Source: a virus
Lineage: Duplodnaviria; Caudoviricetes
IMG/VR virus record: IMGVR_UViG_3300010429_000387
Coordinates: 288,001 to 352,000 of that record
Strand: one strand, 5' to 3'
DNA length: 64,000 bases
Shown: one piece after another, positions 1 to 8,520 of the stretch
How positions within the stretch are numbered: the stretch's first letter is position 1
Layout of the letters: each line of letters begins with the position of its first letter
Made by a program: the position numbers and the translations under genes
The notes under the pieces: model-generated
Seen by the model: the letters and a program-made list of their open reading frames with translations, nothing else
The model's database searches: none
Told to the model about the DNA's origin: nothing

Positions 1-810
1 GCTGACTGGGCTGCCAAGCATGAGGAAGCTATTGCTGGCTACAATGAGACAGCAGAGCAGATCAAGAAGCTCAGGGCTGCTCTTGGTATGGATGAGACCG
101 TAGCGTCTCTCCCTGAGGTCAAGTTGGCAGCAGCTCCCACCAAGGCCAAGAGCGCCCCCAAGGCCAAGAGCACCCCCAAGGCCAAGTCAAAGCCAAAGGC
201 GAAGGCCAAGAAGAAGGCCAAGAGCGCCCCCAAGGCGAAGGCTTCACCCAAGGTCAAAGGTGGAAGGAAGTCCGCCTCCAAGTCGGTCCCCAGGCTCATC
301 GAAGCCATCCAGATCGTGATGGGCAAGTCCACTGCAACGGGGGCAGAGATCCATGCTGAGCTGAAGCGACGGCATTGGCTGCCCAACTCGGATGACCCGC
401 TTGGTTACATCCGCTACACCCTGTCTGCCAACAAGAACCTGTTCCTCCGTGTCGAGGGCGACCGAGGTCACTACTACCTCGATCCGTCGAACCCCTACGC
501 TTCCGGGAAGAAGACCCACGACGAACCGAAGGAAGAGTCTGTCCCGGCCCCCAAGGCCGCTGTGGTTGCCCCTGAACCAGTGGTAGCAGAGGTCCCCAAG
601 GCTGAGCCCAAGAAGGCTGAGCCCAAGGTGGAGGCCAAGAAGGCTGAGCCCAAGAAGGCTGAGCCCAAGGTGGAGGCCCCCAAGGTGGAGGCCAAGAAGG
701 CCGAGCCCAAGAAGGCTGCCCCTGTGGTGGTTGACCCCCTCGACCCCGAGTCCCCCGAGGCAATCGTTGACTCGATCCTCAGCAGTCACGGAGTTGGGTC
801 CTTCTCCTGA
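1..810 (+). CDS. Lys/Ala/Pro-rich histone-H1-like protein with central winged-helix (HARE-HTH-like) domain; 5' truncated by window edge
   Basis: Frame is open from position 1 (ADWAAKHEE...) into the 88..810 ORF; KAKSAPK repeats, LIEAIQIVM...GAEIHAEL...YIRYTLS...LFLRV..RGHY core, AEPKK repeats. Confidence 0.6.
   Translation, partial: ADWAAKHEEAIAGYNETAEQIKKLRAALGMDETVASLPEVKLAAAPTKAKSAPKAKSTPKAKSKPKAKAKKKAKSAPKAKASPKVKGGRKSASKSVPRLIEAIQIVMGKSTATGAEIHAELKRRHWLPNSDDPLGYIRYTLSANKNLFLRVEGDRGHYYLDPSNPYASGKKTHDEPKEESVPAPKAAVVAPEPVVAEVPKAEPKKAEPKVEAKKAEPKKAEPKVEAPKVEAKKAEPKKAAPVVVDPLDPESPEAIVDSILSSHGVGSFS
595..720 (+). repeat. In-frame tandem coding repeats (AEPKK / VEAKK units)
   Basis: gctgagcccaagaag and gtggaggcc units repeated. 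Confidence 0.9.
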
Positions 811-823
811 TCCGACCAAGGAG

Positions 824-867
824 AAAATCAGGGGTGTTGGGTAACTACCCGACACCCCTGATTTTTT
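824..867 (+). terminator. Intrinsic terminator
   Basis: aaaatcaggggtgttgggt-aact-acccgacacccctgatttttt hairpin with T tract, after the stop at 810. Confidence 0.8.
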
Positions 868-869
868 CT

Positions 870-875
870 GGTGTA
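870..875 (+). promoter_or_regulatory. Class A motif GGTGTA (first of >20 copies upstream of starts)
   Basis: 8 nt before GTG 884; other copies listed in findings. Confidence 0.75.
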
Positions 876-883
876 TTATCATC

Positions 884-1237
884 GTGACCTCAAGCCACCG
901 AACACTCTTGGCGGTTACCCGACTCCTGAAGTCCCAAATGAGGCTCTTTGTCTATGAGCGGAAGAGTTCCGAGGGGGCAGGTGACTACTGGGAACCCTTT
1001 CTCACAGTAGAGCAGGACTTCCTGATCGGTGCTCAGGGGGAGTGGACGGAGGTGCTCCAGCAATGGATGTCCCAGGGTGGGTCCAAGGAGGAGCTTGACT
1101 TCCTGGTCCAGCAGGGGTGCAAGGAGGCTCGGTTGGGGGTGGTTCGAGCCCTTACTGAGAGGGTTCCGGAGGTGGACAGCATCTTAGCTGACTTCCTCGC
1201 TTCTGGCCGGTGTTGCATCCTCCAAGGGAACAACTGA
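884..1237 (+). CDS. Hypothetical protein
   Basis: ORF after class A motif; TGATG coupling to next gene. Confidence 0.7.
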   Translation: MTSSHRTLLAVTRLLKSQMRLFVYERKSSEGAGDYWEPFLTVEQDFLIGAQGEWTEVLQQWMSQGGSKEELDFLVQQGCKEARLGVVRALTERVPEVDSILADFLASGRCCILQGNN

Positions 1238-1764
1238 TGGAGCTTGGCGATCTGGTTCAGTACCAAGACAAGCGGTGGCTGGTCACGAGCTACGACCGGG
1301 TAGCTCGCCTGATGACACTCTACAGCCTGGATGGGTCGAAGATAGAGCTTCCTCGGGAGTTCGACCGGACCCACACGGCTGAGCTGGGGGTTGTTGCCAA
1401 CCCTCCGAAGCAATGGCCGATGCTGACTGCTCCCTTCAAGAGCGGGGCGGGTCCTTTCGTCAGGTTGGTTGTCCCTGGACCCCCTGGCAGGGACTCTGAG
1501 AGGGTTCTGGAACCTTGGGTGGATTGGGTCCCGAGCGACTTTGCCAGAGAGGGCGGGTCCTTCTTCGTTCGACCCGAGGTCCGACTCCTTCCCGGTATGC
1601 TCTTGTTGGCAACCCATAGAAGTGGGTCCTTGATCCGGATCGTCGTGCCCAAGACGTTCGGCACGGTGGCTCACCGGGTGGCAGTTTCCAAGGCCAGGGC
1701 GCCAGCCGCAAGGCCATCCGAACAGAACCGATTCACCAGACTCTTCAATGACGATGACGACTAA
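1237..1764 (+). CDS. Hypothetical protein with C-terminal RF tag (NRFTRLFNDDDD)
   Basis: ATG at 1237 overlaps previous stop. Confidence 0.75.
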   Translation: MELGDLVQYQDKRWLVTSYDRVARLMTLYSLDGSKIELPREFDRTHTAELGVVANPPKQWPMLTAPFKSGAGPFVRLVVPGPPGRDSERVLEPWVDWVPSDFAREGGSFFVRPEVRLLPGMLLLATHRSGSLIRIVVPKTFGTVAHRVAVSKARAPAARPSEQNRFTRLFNDDDD

Positions 1765-2392
1765 GCGCAAGCTCCCCATAGTGGTCGAGAACTCGGTCGG
1801 AAAGGTCGAAGTTCTTCGGCACGATATGGCTTCGAGCTTCGAGCGAAGAATCCAGGATGAGATCCCCAAGCACGGGGCTAGGGTCACCTGTAGCACTGGA
1901 TGTGCTTGGTGCTGTTACCACCCAATAGCCATCTCGATCCTTGAGGGAATCCTCATCTACCGGTGGCTCCTGAAGCATCGAAAGTGGACCCTCGGACTCA
2001 AGGAGAGGTTGAGGTCCACAGCGGACAAGCAGTTCGGGACGACCTACGAGATGTGGCTCCTCTCGATGATCCCATGCCCCCTCTTGAACGAGAAGAAGCG
2101 CTGTATGGCCTACCTCGCAAGGCCACTGATCTGTCGAGCTTACTACGCCATCTCAGACCCATACTACTGTCACCCTCATCGACTTGGCGACTCCACCCAG
2201 ATCATTCCTCGTGACGACATAGCGGATCCTTTCCACCTGGAGCAGGAGAAGATTCTGCGAAAGCACAACCTCCAGATGATGACGATGCCCATCGGGTCAG
2301 CCTTGCTACTGGCTGAGAGGGTCTGCTTGGGGGAGGTGGATCTAGACACCATCGACTCCATTCTCCTCAAGGAATACGGGGAAAAGGGATGA
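1748..2392 (+). CDS. YkgJ/FliB-like cysteine-cluster (Fe-S/Zn) protein
   Basis: CxxxCxxCC (CSTGCAWCC), CPLL...C..Y..RPLICR. Confidence 0.8.
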   Translation: MTMTTKRKLPIVVENSVGKVEVLRHDMASSFERRIQDEIPKHGARVTCSTGCAWCCYHPIAISILEGILIYRWLLKHRKWTLGLKERLRSTADKQFGTTYEMWLLSMIPCPLLNEKKRCMAYLARPLICRAYYAISDPYYCHPHRLGDSTQIIPRDDIADPFHLEQEKILRKHNLQMMTMPIGSALLLAERVCLGEVDLDTIDSILLKEYGEKG

Positions 2393-2691
2393 AACTCACA
2401 TGTTCTGTATGTGGTCGAGAGCGTGATGAGGAGGCGATGACCATCTTCTCACCGACTACCAAGGAGAAGGCAGCCATGCGGAAGATGGGTGAGGAGAAGC
2501 CCCTCGACAAGTACCCCTTCTGTCGGGCTTGTATTAGGCTGCTCTCCAAGCCAGAGACGGCGATTCCCCTGATGAAGGGGATCGTCCAGTTCAAGGCCCG
2601 CTCTGCTGGTGTATCGGTACAGGATGCTGAGGCCATTGCGGAGCGGTATGGGAACAAGGTCCTGGCTGTGACTCCTAAGCCTCGCTCGTGA
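2389..2691 (+). CDS. Small CxxC/CxxC zinc-finger-like protein
   Basis: CSVC and CRAC; ATGA overlap. Confidence 0.6.
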   Translation: MKLTCSVCGRERDEEAMTIFSPTTKEKAAMRKMGEEKPLDKYPFCRACIRLLSKPETAIPLMKGIVQFKARSAGVSVQDAEAIAERYGNKVLAVTPKPRS

Positions 2692-2698
2692 GAGACCC

Positions 2699-3187
2699 AT
2701 GACCCAACCAATGCCCCCTGAAGCTGCCCAGATGATGGCAGAGGCCCTCCGGCAGTCGATGCCGGGGATGAAAACCCAGGCCCAGTTCACCAGCTTCATG
2801 CTGGCCTTTGACTCCTTCCGACTTCTGTGTGACTCGATCTTCTCTGGGGACCGGAACCGAGAAGCAGACGCAAGGGATGCCTTCGAGAAGGCCATTGGGG
2901 CCGTCCGAACCTCTACCGAGCTGAGCAAGAAGTTCGAGGAAATACCAGAAGAGAGCAGGGGTACCGCCTCGAACCCGTTCGTCCAACCCCCGAACCAGTT
3001 CCAGGAGTATGACATTCAAAAGAAGCTCCTGGGCGAACTCGGGCGGATCGTCAGTAGGGACGAGCTGAACAAGTGGTACGCTGAAACCAAACCAGAGCGT
3101 GATCGGGTGGTCTCTCAAACGCTTAGGAATGTTTTGATAGATAGCATCCGAGAGAAGAAGGACGCTCTTGAGCGCAAGGAAGGTTAA
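2699..3187 (+). CDS. Hypothetical protein
   Basis: ORF in operon, matching codon usage. Confidence 0.7.
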   Translation: MTQPMPPEAAQMMAEALRQSMPGMKTQAQFTSFMLAFDSFRLLCDSIFSGDRNREADARDAFEKAIGAVRTSTELSKKFEEIPEESRGTASNPFVQPPNQFQEYDIQKKLLGELGRIVSRDELNKWYAETKPERDRVVSQTLRNVLIDSIREKKDALERKEG

Positions 3188-3192
3188 CACCG

Positions 3193-4365
3193 ATGACCCT
3201 CGATGCTGATAAGCTACAAACCATCAGAACCATCGTGACACATGAGAACTGCTCTGATGGTCTGGCGTCGGCCATGATCCTGAAGAGCGTTCTTCCTGGC
3301 GCCAACGTGGTGTTCCTCTCTTACAACTCGGCAGCTCACAAGGAGCTTTCAGCCATCCCTGGGATGATCTTCTGCGACTTCAGCCCCTATGTGGAGCGAG
3401 TCCAGGAGTTCATCGACGCTGGGGCCATCGTTCTGGACCACCACAAGTACCAGAAGGACGTGGTCGAGGCGTTCGGTGCCAACGGGGTCTTTGCCGATGA
3501 GACCACCAATCCTGGGGTCGCTGGAGCACTCTTGGCCTACCAAGAGGTGTGGCTTCCCCTCGTGAAGTCGGATCCCCAGAGCTACCTGAATGGTGGTGCT
3601 CGTTTGGCCTTCGAGCAGTATCAGCTACAGCTTTCACAGTTGAAGGCTTCTGTTTCTGACCAGCTACTCAAGAGCCTTGGCGAGAAGCCCTCCGTTCAGT
3701 CAATCGACCAGAACCCCGAGGTGGTCCAACTCAACCAGTTCATCGAGAACCTTGTGACCAAGGGGACCTTCTCCAATACGGTGGAGAGGTTCGCCAGGTT
3801 GATCAGCACTCGGGACACCTGGCAGACTCAGTCCGAGCTATGGCACGCTGCCCGTGAGGCACATGAGGCTCTTCAGTTCTTCTCCAAGGACACCTGGCTG
3901 AAGACCCCCATCTTCCCGAACAACGGGGAAGAAGTGGAGTGGAATATCCGAATGAGCATGGGCCACTTCCTGGTCGAGAAGCAGGATCGGAAGACGGCCA
4001 AGGTTCTGGAGGGTGCCTACAAGGGTACCACTCCCAATGGGCTCAAGGTGCTCATCCACCAGGGTGTCTCGGCCACAAGTGACGTGGCTGAGATGTCCAC
4101 GGGCAACGTTGACTTGATCCTCGGGTTCAGCTACTTCTCAGAGAAGGACGATGACCTGGTCAACTGGCCTGGGGCTGGGAACGCTGTTGGACCCAAGATC
4201 GCAGTCTCTTGCCGGACTCGTAACGGGTTCGATGTGGGTGCATTCGCCAAGGCCCACGGGGGTGGCGGACACACCAAGGCAGCAGGGTTCAGCTTCAACG
4301 TGAAGCCGGAGGATCCCAACCCATACATCTACCTCCTCAATCTCGTCAAAGCGTATACGCCGTAG
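3193..4365 (+). CDS. DHH/DHHA1 phosphoesterase
   Basis: HENCSDG, CDFS, LDHH and C-terminal GGGGHTKAAGF. Confidence 0.85.
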   Translation: MTLDADKLQTIRTIVTHENCSDGLASAMILKSVLPGANVVFLSYNSAAHKELSAIPGMIFCDFSPYVERVQEFIDAGAIVLDHHKYQKDVVEAFGANGVFADETTNPGVAGALLAYQEVWLPLVKSDPQSYLNGGARLAFEQYQLQLSQLKASVSDQLLKSLGEKPSVQSIDQNPEVVQLNQFIENLVTKGTFSNTVERFARLISTRDTWQTQSELWHAAREAHEALQFFSKDTWLKTPIFPNNGEEVEWNIRMSMGHFLVEKQDRKTAKVLEGAYKGTTPNGLKVLIHQGVSATSDVAEMSTGNVDLILGFSYFSEKDDDLVNWPGAGNAVGPKIAVSCRTRNGFDVGAFAKAHGGGGHTKAAGFSFNVKPEDPNPYIYLLNLVKAYTP

Positions 4366-4384
4366 GCGTGATAGGGGAAAATTC

Positions 4385-4419
4385 CAAGGGCCGGGTGGTA
4401 GTCCCATTCCGGCCCTTGG
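4385..4419. terminator. Probable bidirectional terminator between convergent genes
   Basis: ccaagggccgg...ccggcccttgg inverted repeat. Confidence 0.55.
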
Positions 4420-4491
4420 TCTTTTGTGATCTCGGTGCGAGGGATTTGGGGATGCCCTCCACATAGGATGGGAATCCACCTAGAACGGGGG

Positions 4492-5319
4492 CTAGAGGTT
4501 GGCTCCGATGAGGACTTCCCCGACCATCCCACGCTTGTCCCCGTCGCTGTTGATGCTCCTCTTGGCCTCGATGCGGGCGATTCGGCAGCCCTGGAAGAGC
4601 TTCCTGGTGGTGGACACGTCAGCATTGGACAGGAGAACGGACACTCCTCGGGCAGCCAGGTCCTTGTAGAGTTGGGCCAGCCGTTGGTGGTCCTCGATTC
4701 CGAACCCGTCCTCCGTGTAGGAGACGAAGTTGGCGGTATCGGACTTAGGGAGGTAGGGGGGGTCGAAGTAGACCACGTCCCCTGGTTGGGCACCAGCCAC
4801 CGAGAGGGCGAAGTCCTGGCACTCGATGGTGACCCCCTGAAGGACCTTTGCGGCCTCCAGAATCCCCTCAGAGTCACAGATGGTGGGGTTCGTGTACTTG
4901 CCGAAGGGGACATTGAAGCCCCCGCTCTTGTTGACCCTGTAGAGCCCGTTGAACCCAGCCTTGTTCAAGTAGATGAACCGGGCTGCCCGCTCCTCCAGGG
5001 GGAGGTCGGCGGGGAGCCTGGTCCTCATCTCGTTGAAGAAGTCCCGGTCGTAGGGGTAGGTCTTCAGGATGTCGATGACCCCTTGGGCCTTTCCCGTAGC
5101 GAGGGCTCGGTAGGTATCAGCCAGCTCCGAGTTCATGTCGTTCAGGACGGCCCGCTTGAAGGCCCCTCGGTTGGCAAGAGCGAAGAAGACCGCCCCTCCC
5201 CCCACGAAGGGCTCGTAGTAGGTGTTCATCTGGGCTGGGAGACGGCGGCGAATCGAGGCCAGGAGTTGCCTCTTGCCACCTGCCCACTTCACGAAGGGGG
5301 AGGCTTTGGTCTGGGTCAT
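4492..5319 (-). CDS. dam: Dam-type (D12 class) DNA adenine methyltransferase
   Basis: KWAGGK, YYEPFVGGG, FNGLYRVN, DPPY. Confidence 0.92.
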   Translation of the reverse strand: MTQTKASPFVKWAGGKRQLLASIRRRLPAQMNTYYEPFVGGGAVFFALANRGAFKRAVLNDMNSELADTYRALATGKAQGVIDILKTYPYDRDFFNEMRTRLPADLPLEERAARFIYLNKAGFNGLYRVNKSGGFNVPFGKYTNPTICDSEGILEAAKVLQGVTIECQDFALSVAGAQPGDVVYFDPPYLPKSDTANFVSYTEDGFGIEDHQRLAQLYKDLAARGVSVLLSNADVSTTRKLFQGCRIARIEAKRSINSDGDKRGMVGEVLIGANL

Positions 5320-5504
5320 GTATCCTCAAACACCGTTTGGGTGATGGCTACGTGGAACTCTACGGCACCAACTGTGACGATGAGGCCGGGCTCCGTTCCG
5401 AAACCCTTGTCTTTCACCGTTACAGCTTTGATCGATAGATCATTGGCCTCAGCAAACTCTTTGAGGGCCATCACCAGGATGTCCTCAAGGTCTTGTTCGT
5501 CCAT
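5316..5504 (-). CDS. Hypothetical protein
   Basis: Short ORF coupled to dam. Confidence 0.55.
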   Translation of the reverse strand: MDEQDLEDILVMALKEFAEANDLSIKAVTVKDKGFGTEPGLIVTVGAVEFHVAITQTVFEDT

Positions 5505-5517
5505 CACCCATCCTGTC

Positions 5518-5769
5518 TTAGTTGAGTGCCCGGAAGATCCACCTCCGGACAGCATTGGTGCGAAGGAAGAGGACATCCCCCTTCAGTTCGTAGGCATCGA
5601 TCTTGAATCGGATCTGGGGCTCGGTTCGACTGTCTATGATGGCCTCAAGCCCATCCTGGGAATCCCTCACCTCTACTTCGACGACCCCGAAGGTAGCGGG
5701 ATCCCATGGCCCCGACTGGATAACATGAAAGAGGGACCTGGGGCGGGGAAGCGTGGACTCGTTGTTCAT
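5518..5769 (-). CDS. Hypothetical protein
   Basis: GGAGG upstream of MNNEST. Confidence 0.55.
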   Translation of the reverse strand: MNNESTLPRPRSLFHVIQSGPWDPATFGVVEVEVRDSQDGLEAIIDSRTEPQIRFKIDAYELKGDVLFLRTNAVRRWIFRALN

Positions 5770-5821
5770 GTGGACCTCCAAGCGGGAAATTCCGCTTGGT
5801 CCCGTGGTACATGGGGTCCCT

Positions 5822-6067
5822 TCAGCAGGCCAAGTTTTCGGTGACGATTCTTTCCAGCCGGGTCGGGGGTGGCGGGGTAGGAGGCGGAGGTGGACCCGCT
5901 ATCTCGTCCAAAATGGCAAAAACCCGAGCATCTTCCTCGGCTTGTATCTCCTGGATCGCCTGCCAGTGGAGCCCTCGGTACGGAGGTGGTGGAGGCGGAC
6001 GGGGTTGCCGCCTTCCCAGGGCAAAGTACCAACTCGCCTCGATACTGCCGTCATCCTCGAACAACAC
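5822..6067 (-). CDS. Small Pro-rich protein with capsid-like helix and RF-type tag
   Basis: GGTGTA-N10-GTG; QAIQEIQAEEDARVFAILDEIA; PTRLERIV. Confidence 0.7.
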   Translation of the reverse strand: MLFEDDGSIEASWYFALGRRQPRPPPPPPYRGLHWQAIQEIQAEEDARVFAILDEIAGPPPPPTPPPPTRLERIVTENLAC

Positions 6068-6114
6068 TGAAGTCTCCTACACCACTCAGGATTCTCTTAT
6101 GCGTTCGGGTCAGA

Positions 6115-6525
6115 GTGGTCTCCGAACTAGACAAGAAGTGGGTCAAACGGCAGCAAGCCTACCAGAGACGAAAGACCCTCCGGGAACAAGCGGTCGCCTA
6201 CAAGGGGGGCAAGTGTGTCATCTGTGGCTACACTGGATTCCCGAGTGCCTTCGACTTTCATCATTTTGACCCTAGGACCAAAGACTTCACCATCTCGAAG
6301 CGGGTGGTGGCGTTCGAGACCATCCGGCCAGAGCTGGACAAATGCGTTCTGGTCTGCTGTAGGTGCCACCGAGAGATCCACGACGGGCTTCACCCTGGGT
6401 ACCTCGTTCGGGACGATGACGACCGGGGCGGGTGGGATGGGTACGACCCCGATGAAGAGGACCCCAACGAGTTGACCTACGAGGAGGAGCTGGAGGTCAA
6501 CGAGGTCCTTGCTTCGGTCAGCTAG
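6115..6525 (+). CDS. HNH endonuclease-like protein with acidic tail
   Basis: CVICGY...FDFHH.DP..K...CVLVCCRCHREIH; start uncertain. Confidence 0.8.
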   Translation: MVSELDKKWVKRQQAYQRRKTLREQAVAYKGGKCVICGYTGFPSAFDFHHFDPRTKDFTISKRVVAFETIRPELDKCVLVCCRCHREIHDGLHPGYLVRDDDDRGGWDGYDPDEEDPNELTYEEELEVNEVLASVS

Positions 6526-6544
6526 ATTTTTTCTACGAACCTGG

Positions 6545-6572
6545 TTGAAAGATTCGGGGCTGGCCCGTTGTA
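6545..6572 (+). promoter_or_regulatory. Class B bipartite promoter TTGAAAG-N14-CGTTGTA
   Basis: 5 nt before ATG 6578; nine copies in window. Confidence 0.8.
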
Positions 6573-6577
6573 GAGAC

Positions 6578-6961
6578 ATGGCAACCCGATATGTTGAAGT
6601 CAGCAGCCAGGCGATTGAAAACCTCCTCAGCTCGAAGGGCTTCGTCCGCACGGTCCAGAACCGTGAGGTGGTCTATGTGTTCACGCACAAGGCCGACCCC
6701 TGCGTCAAGGTGAAGGTCTACACGAGCCTTCGGGACGGGGCCTCGGTTGCCCGTGGTTGTGGCGAGGACGCCATTCGGATCTGCACCGTGTTCGAGGGCA
6801 ACGGAAAGTCCTTCGGAATCGGCAAGTTCCCGAAGATCCTTCGCACGGGTTCTGAGGAAGCGGTTTTGGACCGCATCATCGAGCGTGCCCGTATTGCCTA
6901 CCTCCGTGGGACTGAGTTCGTGAAGGAGTCCCGAGCCCGCTTCGCCAATCGTGCCTCTTGA
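6578..6961 (+). CDS. Hypothetical protein
   Basis: Start fixed by class B motif. Confidence 0.75.
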   Translation: MATRYVEVSSQAIENLLSSKGFVRTVQNREVVYVFTHKADPCVKVKVYTSLRDGASVARGCGEDAIRICTVFEGNGKSFGIGKFPKILRTGSEEAVLDRIIERARIAYLRGTEFVKESRARFANRAS

Positions 6962-6973
6962 AAGGAGCCAACC

Positions 6974-7231
6974 ATGTTCGCTATCGGCCAGATCGTTTCC
7001 ACCCCTGGTGCCCGTGAGCGCTTCTCTACCGACTTCATGACCCTCTCCCTCGCCCGCCACCTGAACGGGGACTGGGGCGACCTCGATGACGAGGACAAGG
7101 CGTCCAACGACTCTTCCCTGGCCTCCGGGGGCCGTCTTCTGTCGTCCTACAAGAAGGATTCGGACACCCTCTGGATCATCACGGAAGCAGACCGGAGCGT
7201 GACCACGTTCCTCCTCCCCTCGGAATACTAG
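6974..7231 (+). CDS. Conserved small plasmid/phage-associated protein
   Basis: RH..GDWG...EDK..N...RLLSSY...WIITEADRSVTT.LLP.EY; AAGGAG RBS. Confidence 0.8.
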   Translation: MFAIGQIVSTPGARERFSTDFMTLSLARHLNGDWGDLDDEDKASNDSSLASGGRLLSSYKKDSDTLWIITEADRSVTTFLLPSEY

Positions 7232-7239
7232 GCGCCTGG

Positions 7240-7267
7240 TTGAAAGACTCGGACCTCGAACGTTGTA
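7240..7267 (+). promoter_or_regulatory. Class B promoter
   Basis: TTGAAAG-N14-CGTTGTA-N5-ATG(7273). Confidence 0.8.
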
Positions 7268-7272
7268 GGACC

Positions 7273-7563
7273 ATGGACCAAGTTCAAGCTCACGCTCTCC
7301 AAGTCGAGACCCAGGCTAAGCGCAAGGAGCTGGGTGCCCAGCTCCCGGCCCTTGCGATGAGGGTCTTTGCCCTTCAGGGCAAGCACTACCAGGGGAGCGG
7401 GTACCACTGGACCCTGGTCAAGGCCATCGGGGCCTTGCTTTGGAACGTCAACGACTACGACTCCAAATTCACTTGGGATGACCTGCTGGTCAACGAGGTC
7501 ATTTACGAGGACCTGGTCGAACAAGTCGGAGAAGCAGAGAAGGCGGTGGCAAGTGGTCAGTGA
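7273..7563 (+). CDS. Hypothetical protein
   Basis: Start fixed by class B motif. Confidence 0.65.
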   Translation: MDQVQAHALQVETQAKRKELGAQLPALAMRVFALQGKHYQGSGYHWTLVKAIGALLWNVNDYDSKFTWDDLLVNEVIYEDLVEQVGEAEKAVASGQ

Positions 7564-7870
7564 CAAGGATCAACTGAAACAGGCTCTCCATGAGGCTCAG
7601 GGGAGACTAGGGACCCCGCTCATGCCAAGTACCCCGGACCTGGTGATCGACAGTCTGCCTGACGCCTCAGACCTGGTTATACTCTCAGGACTCAACAACG
7701 AGTTGAGTGTCGCCAAGTTGAGGGAGCTTCGTCCACTGGCAGTCGAAGTGCTCTCAGAGGCAGGCATCTGTTCTTGCGGCACCAGAAGGACCTCGGTAGG
7801 GCGCTGCCCTTGTTGCAGCCTTCTCTGGCCGGACTCCCTCCCTAGGTACCAAATAAGTCGAGGCTGCTGA
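7553..7870 (+). CDS. Hypothetical protein with C-terminal Cys cluster
   Basis: CSCG...CPCC; overlaps upstream stop. Confidence 0.5.
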   Translation: MVSDKDQLKQALHEAQGRLGTPLMPSTPDLVIDSLPDASDLVILSGLNNELSVAKLRELRPLAVEVLSEAGICSCGTRRTSVGRCPCCSLLWPDSLPRYQISRGC

Positions 7871-7881
7871 GAGGTCGATTC

Positions 7882-8244
7882 ATGCGACTCCCAACGCTTG
7901 ATGCCTTTATCGCTCAGGCCAAGGTCTCCTGGCCCCACAACGGATGGGTCAGAGAGCCAGGGTTCTCTGGTCTCTACGTGAGGATCAGCCAACGGAAGAT
8001 CGATGGGGTCGAGCGTACCTTCCTCGACCTGGCGAACATGGAGGCACGGAAGCCGGGAAGCGGAACCCTCACCCGGTTGGTGGCCCGTCTGAAGGTCGAT
8101 CACCCGGACCTATCGCTGTACGTCGAGAGTGTCCTGAACCCTCGACTCCCTTCGATGCTCGTGAACAAGCTGGGATTCAAGCCGCACCCCTACCTACCTG
8201 GGTGCTTCTACCTTCTTCACCCCGAAGCCAGACAGGCACAGTGA
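7882..8244 (+). CDS. Possible GNAT-fold protein
   Basis: LDLANMEARKPGSGTLTRL...YVESVLNPRL resembles the acetyl-CoA binding segment. Confidence 0.45.
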   Translation: MRLPTLDAFIAQAKVSWPHNGWVREPGFSGLYVRISQRKIDGVERTFLDLANMEARKPGSGTLTRLVARLKVDHPDLSLYVESVLNPRLPSMLVNKLGFKPHPYLPGCFYLLHPEARQAQ

Positions 8245-8520
8245 TCGGCTAGGACCCGACCATACTCGGGGTGCCCCACCGACTCACCCTTCTTGATGTC
8301 CTCTGCCCCAACCGGCTGAAGCCCTTTGGCTTCCCGCTCCAAGTTGACCTCGGTCAGGAGAAGAGACCTCTCGTGAATGGCCCAGGCGGGGACCTTATTG
8401 CCGTCGGAATCCCGAACTTCCTCGGCTCTTTTGTCCCTGTCCATGCTAGCTACCAGCAAAACTTGGTAGAACCGTCGAGACAACACGTTTCCCATACCGC
8501 CCTCCGGTGTAAGAGGTCAC

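Noticed and set aside
595-720. Possible CRISPR-like repeat array
   Set aside because: Short in-frame coding repeats with no unique spacers; no cas genes
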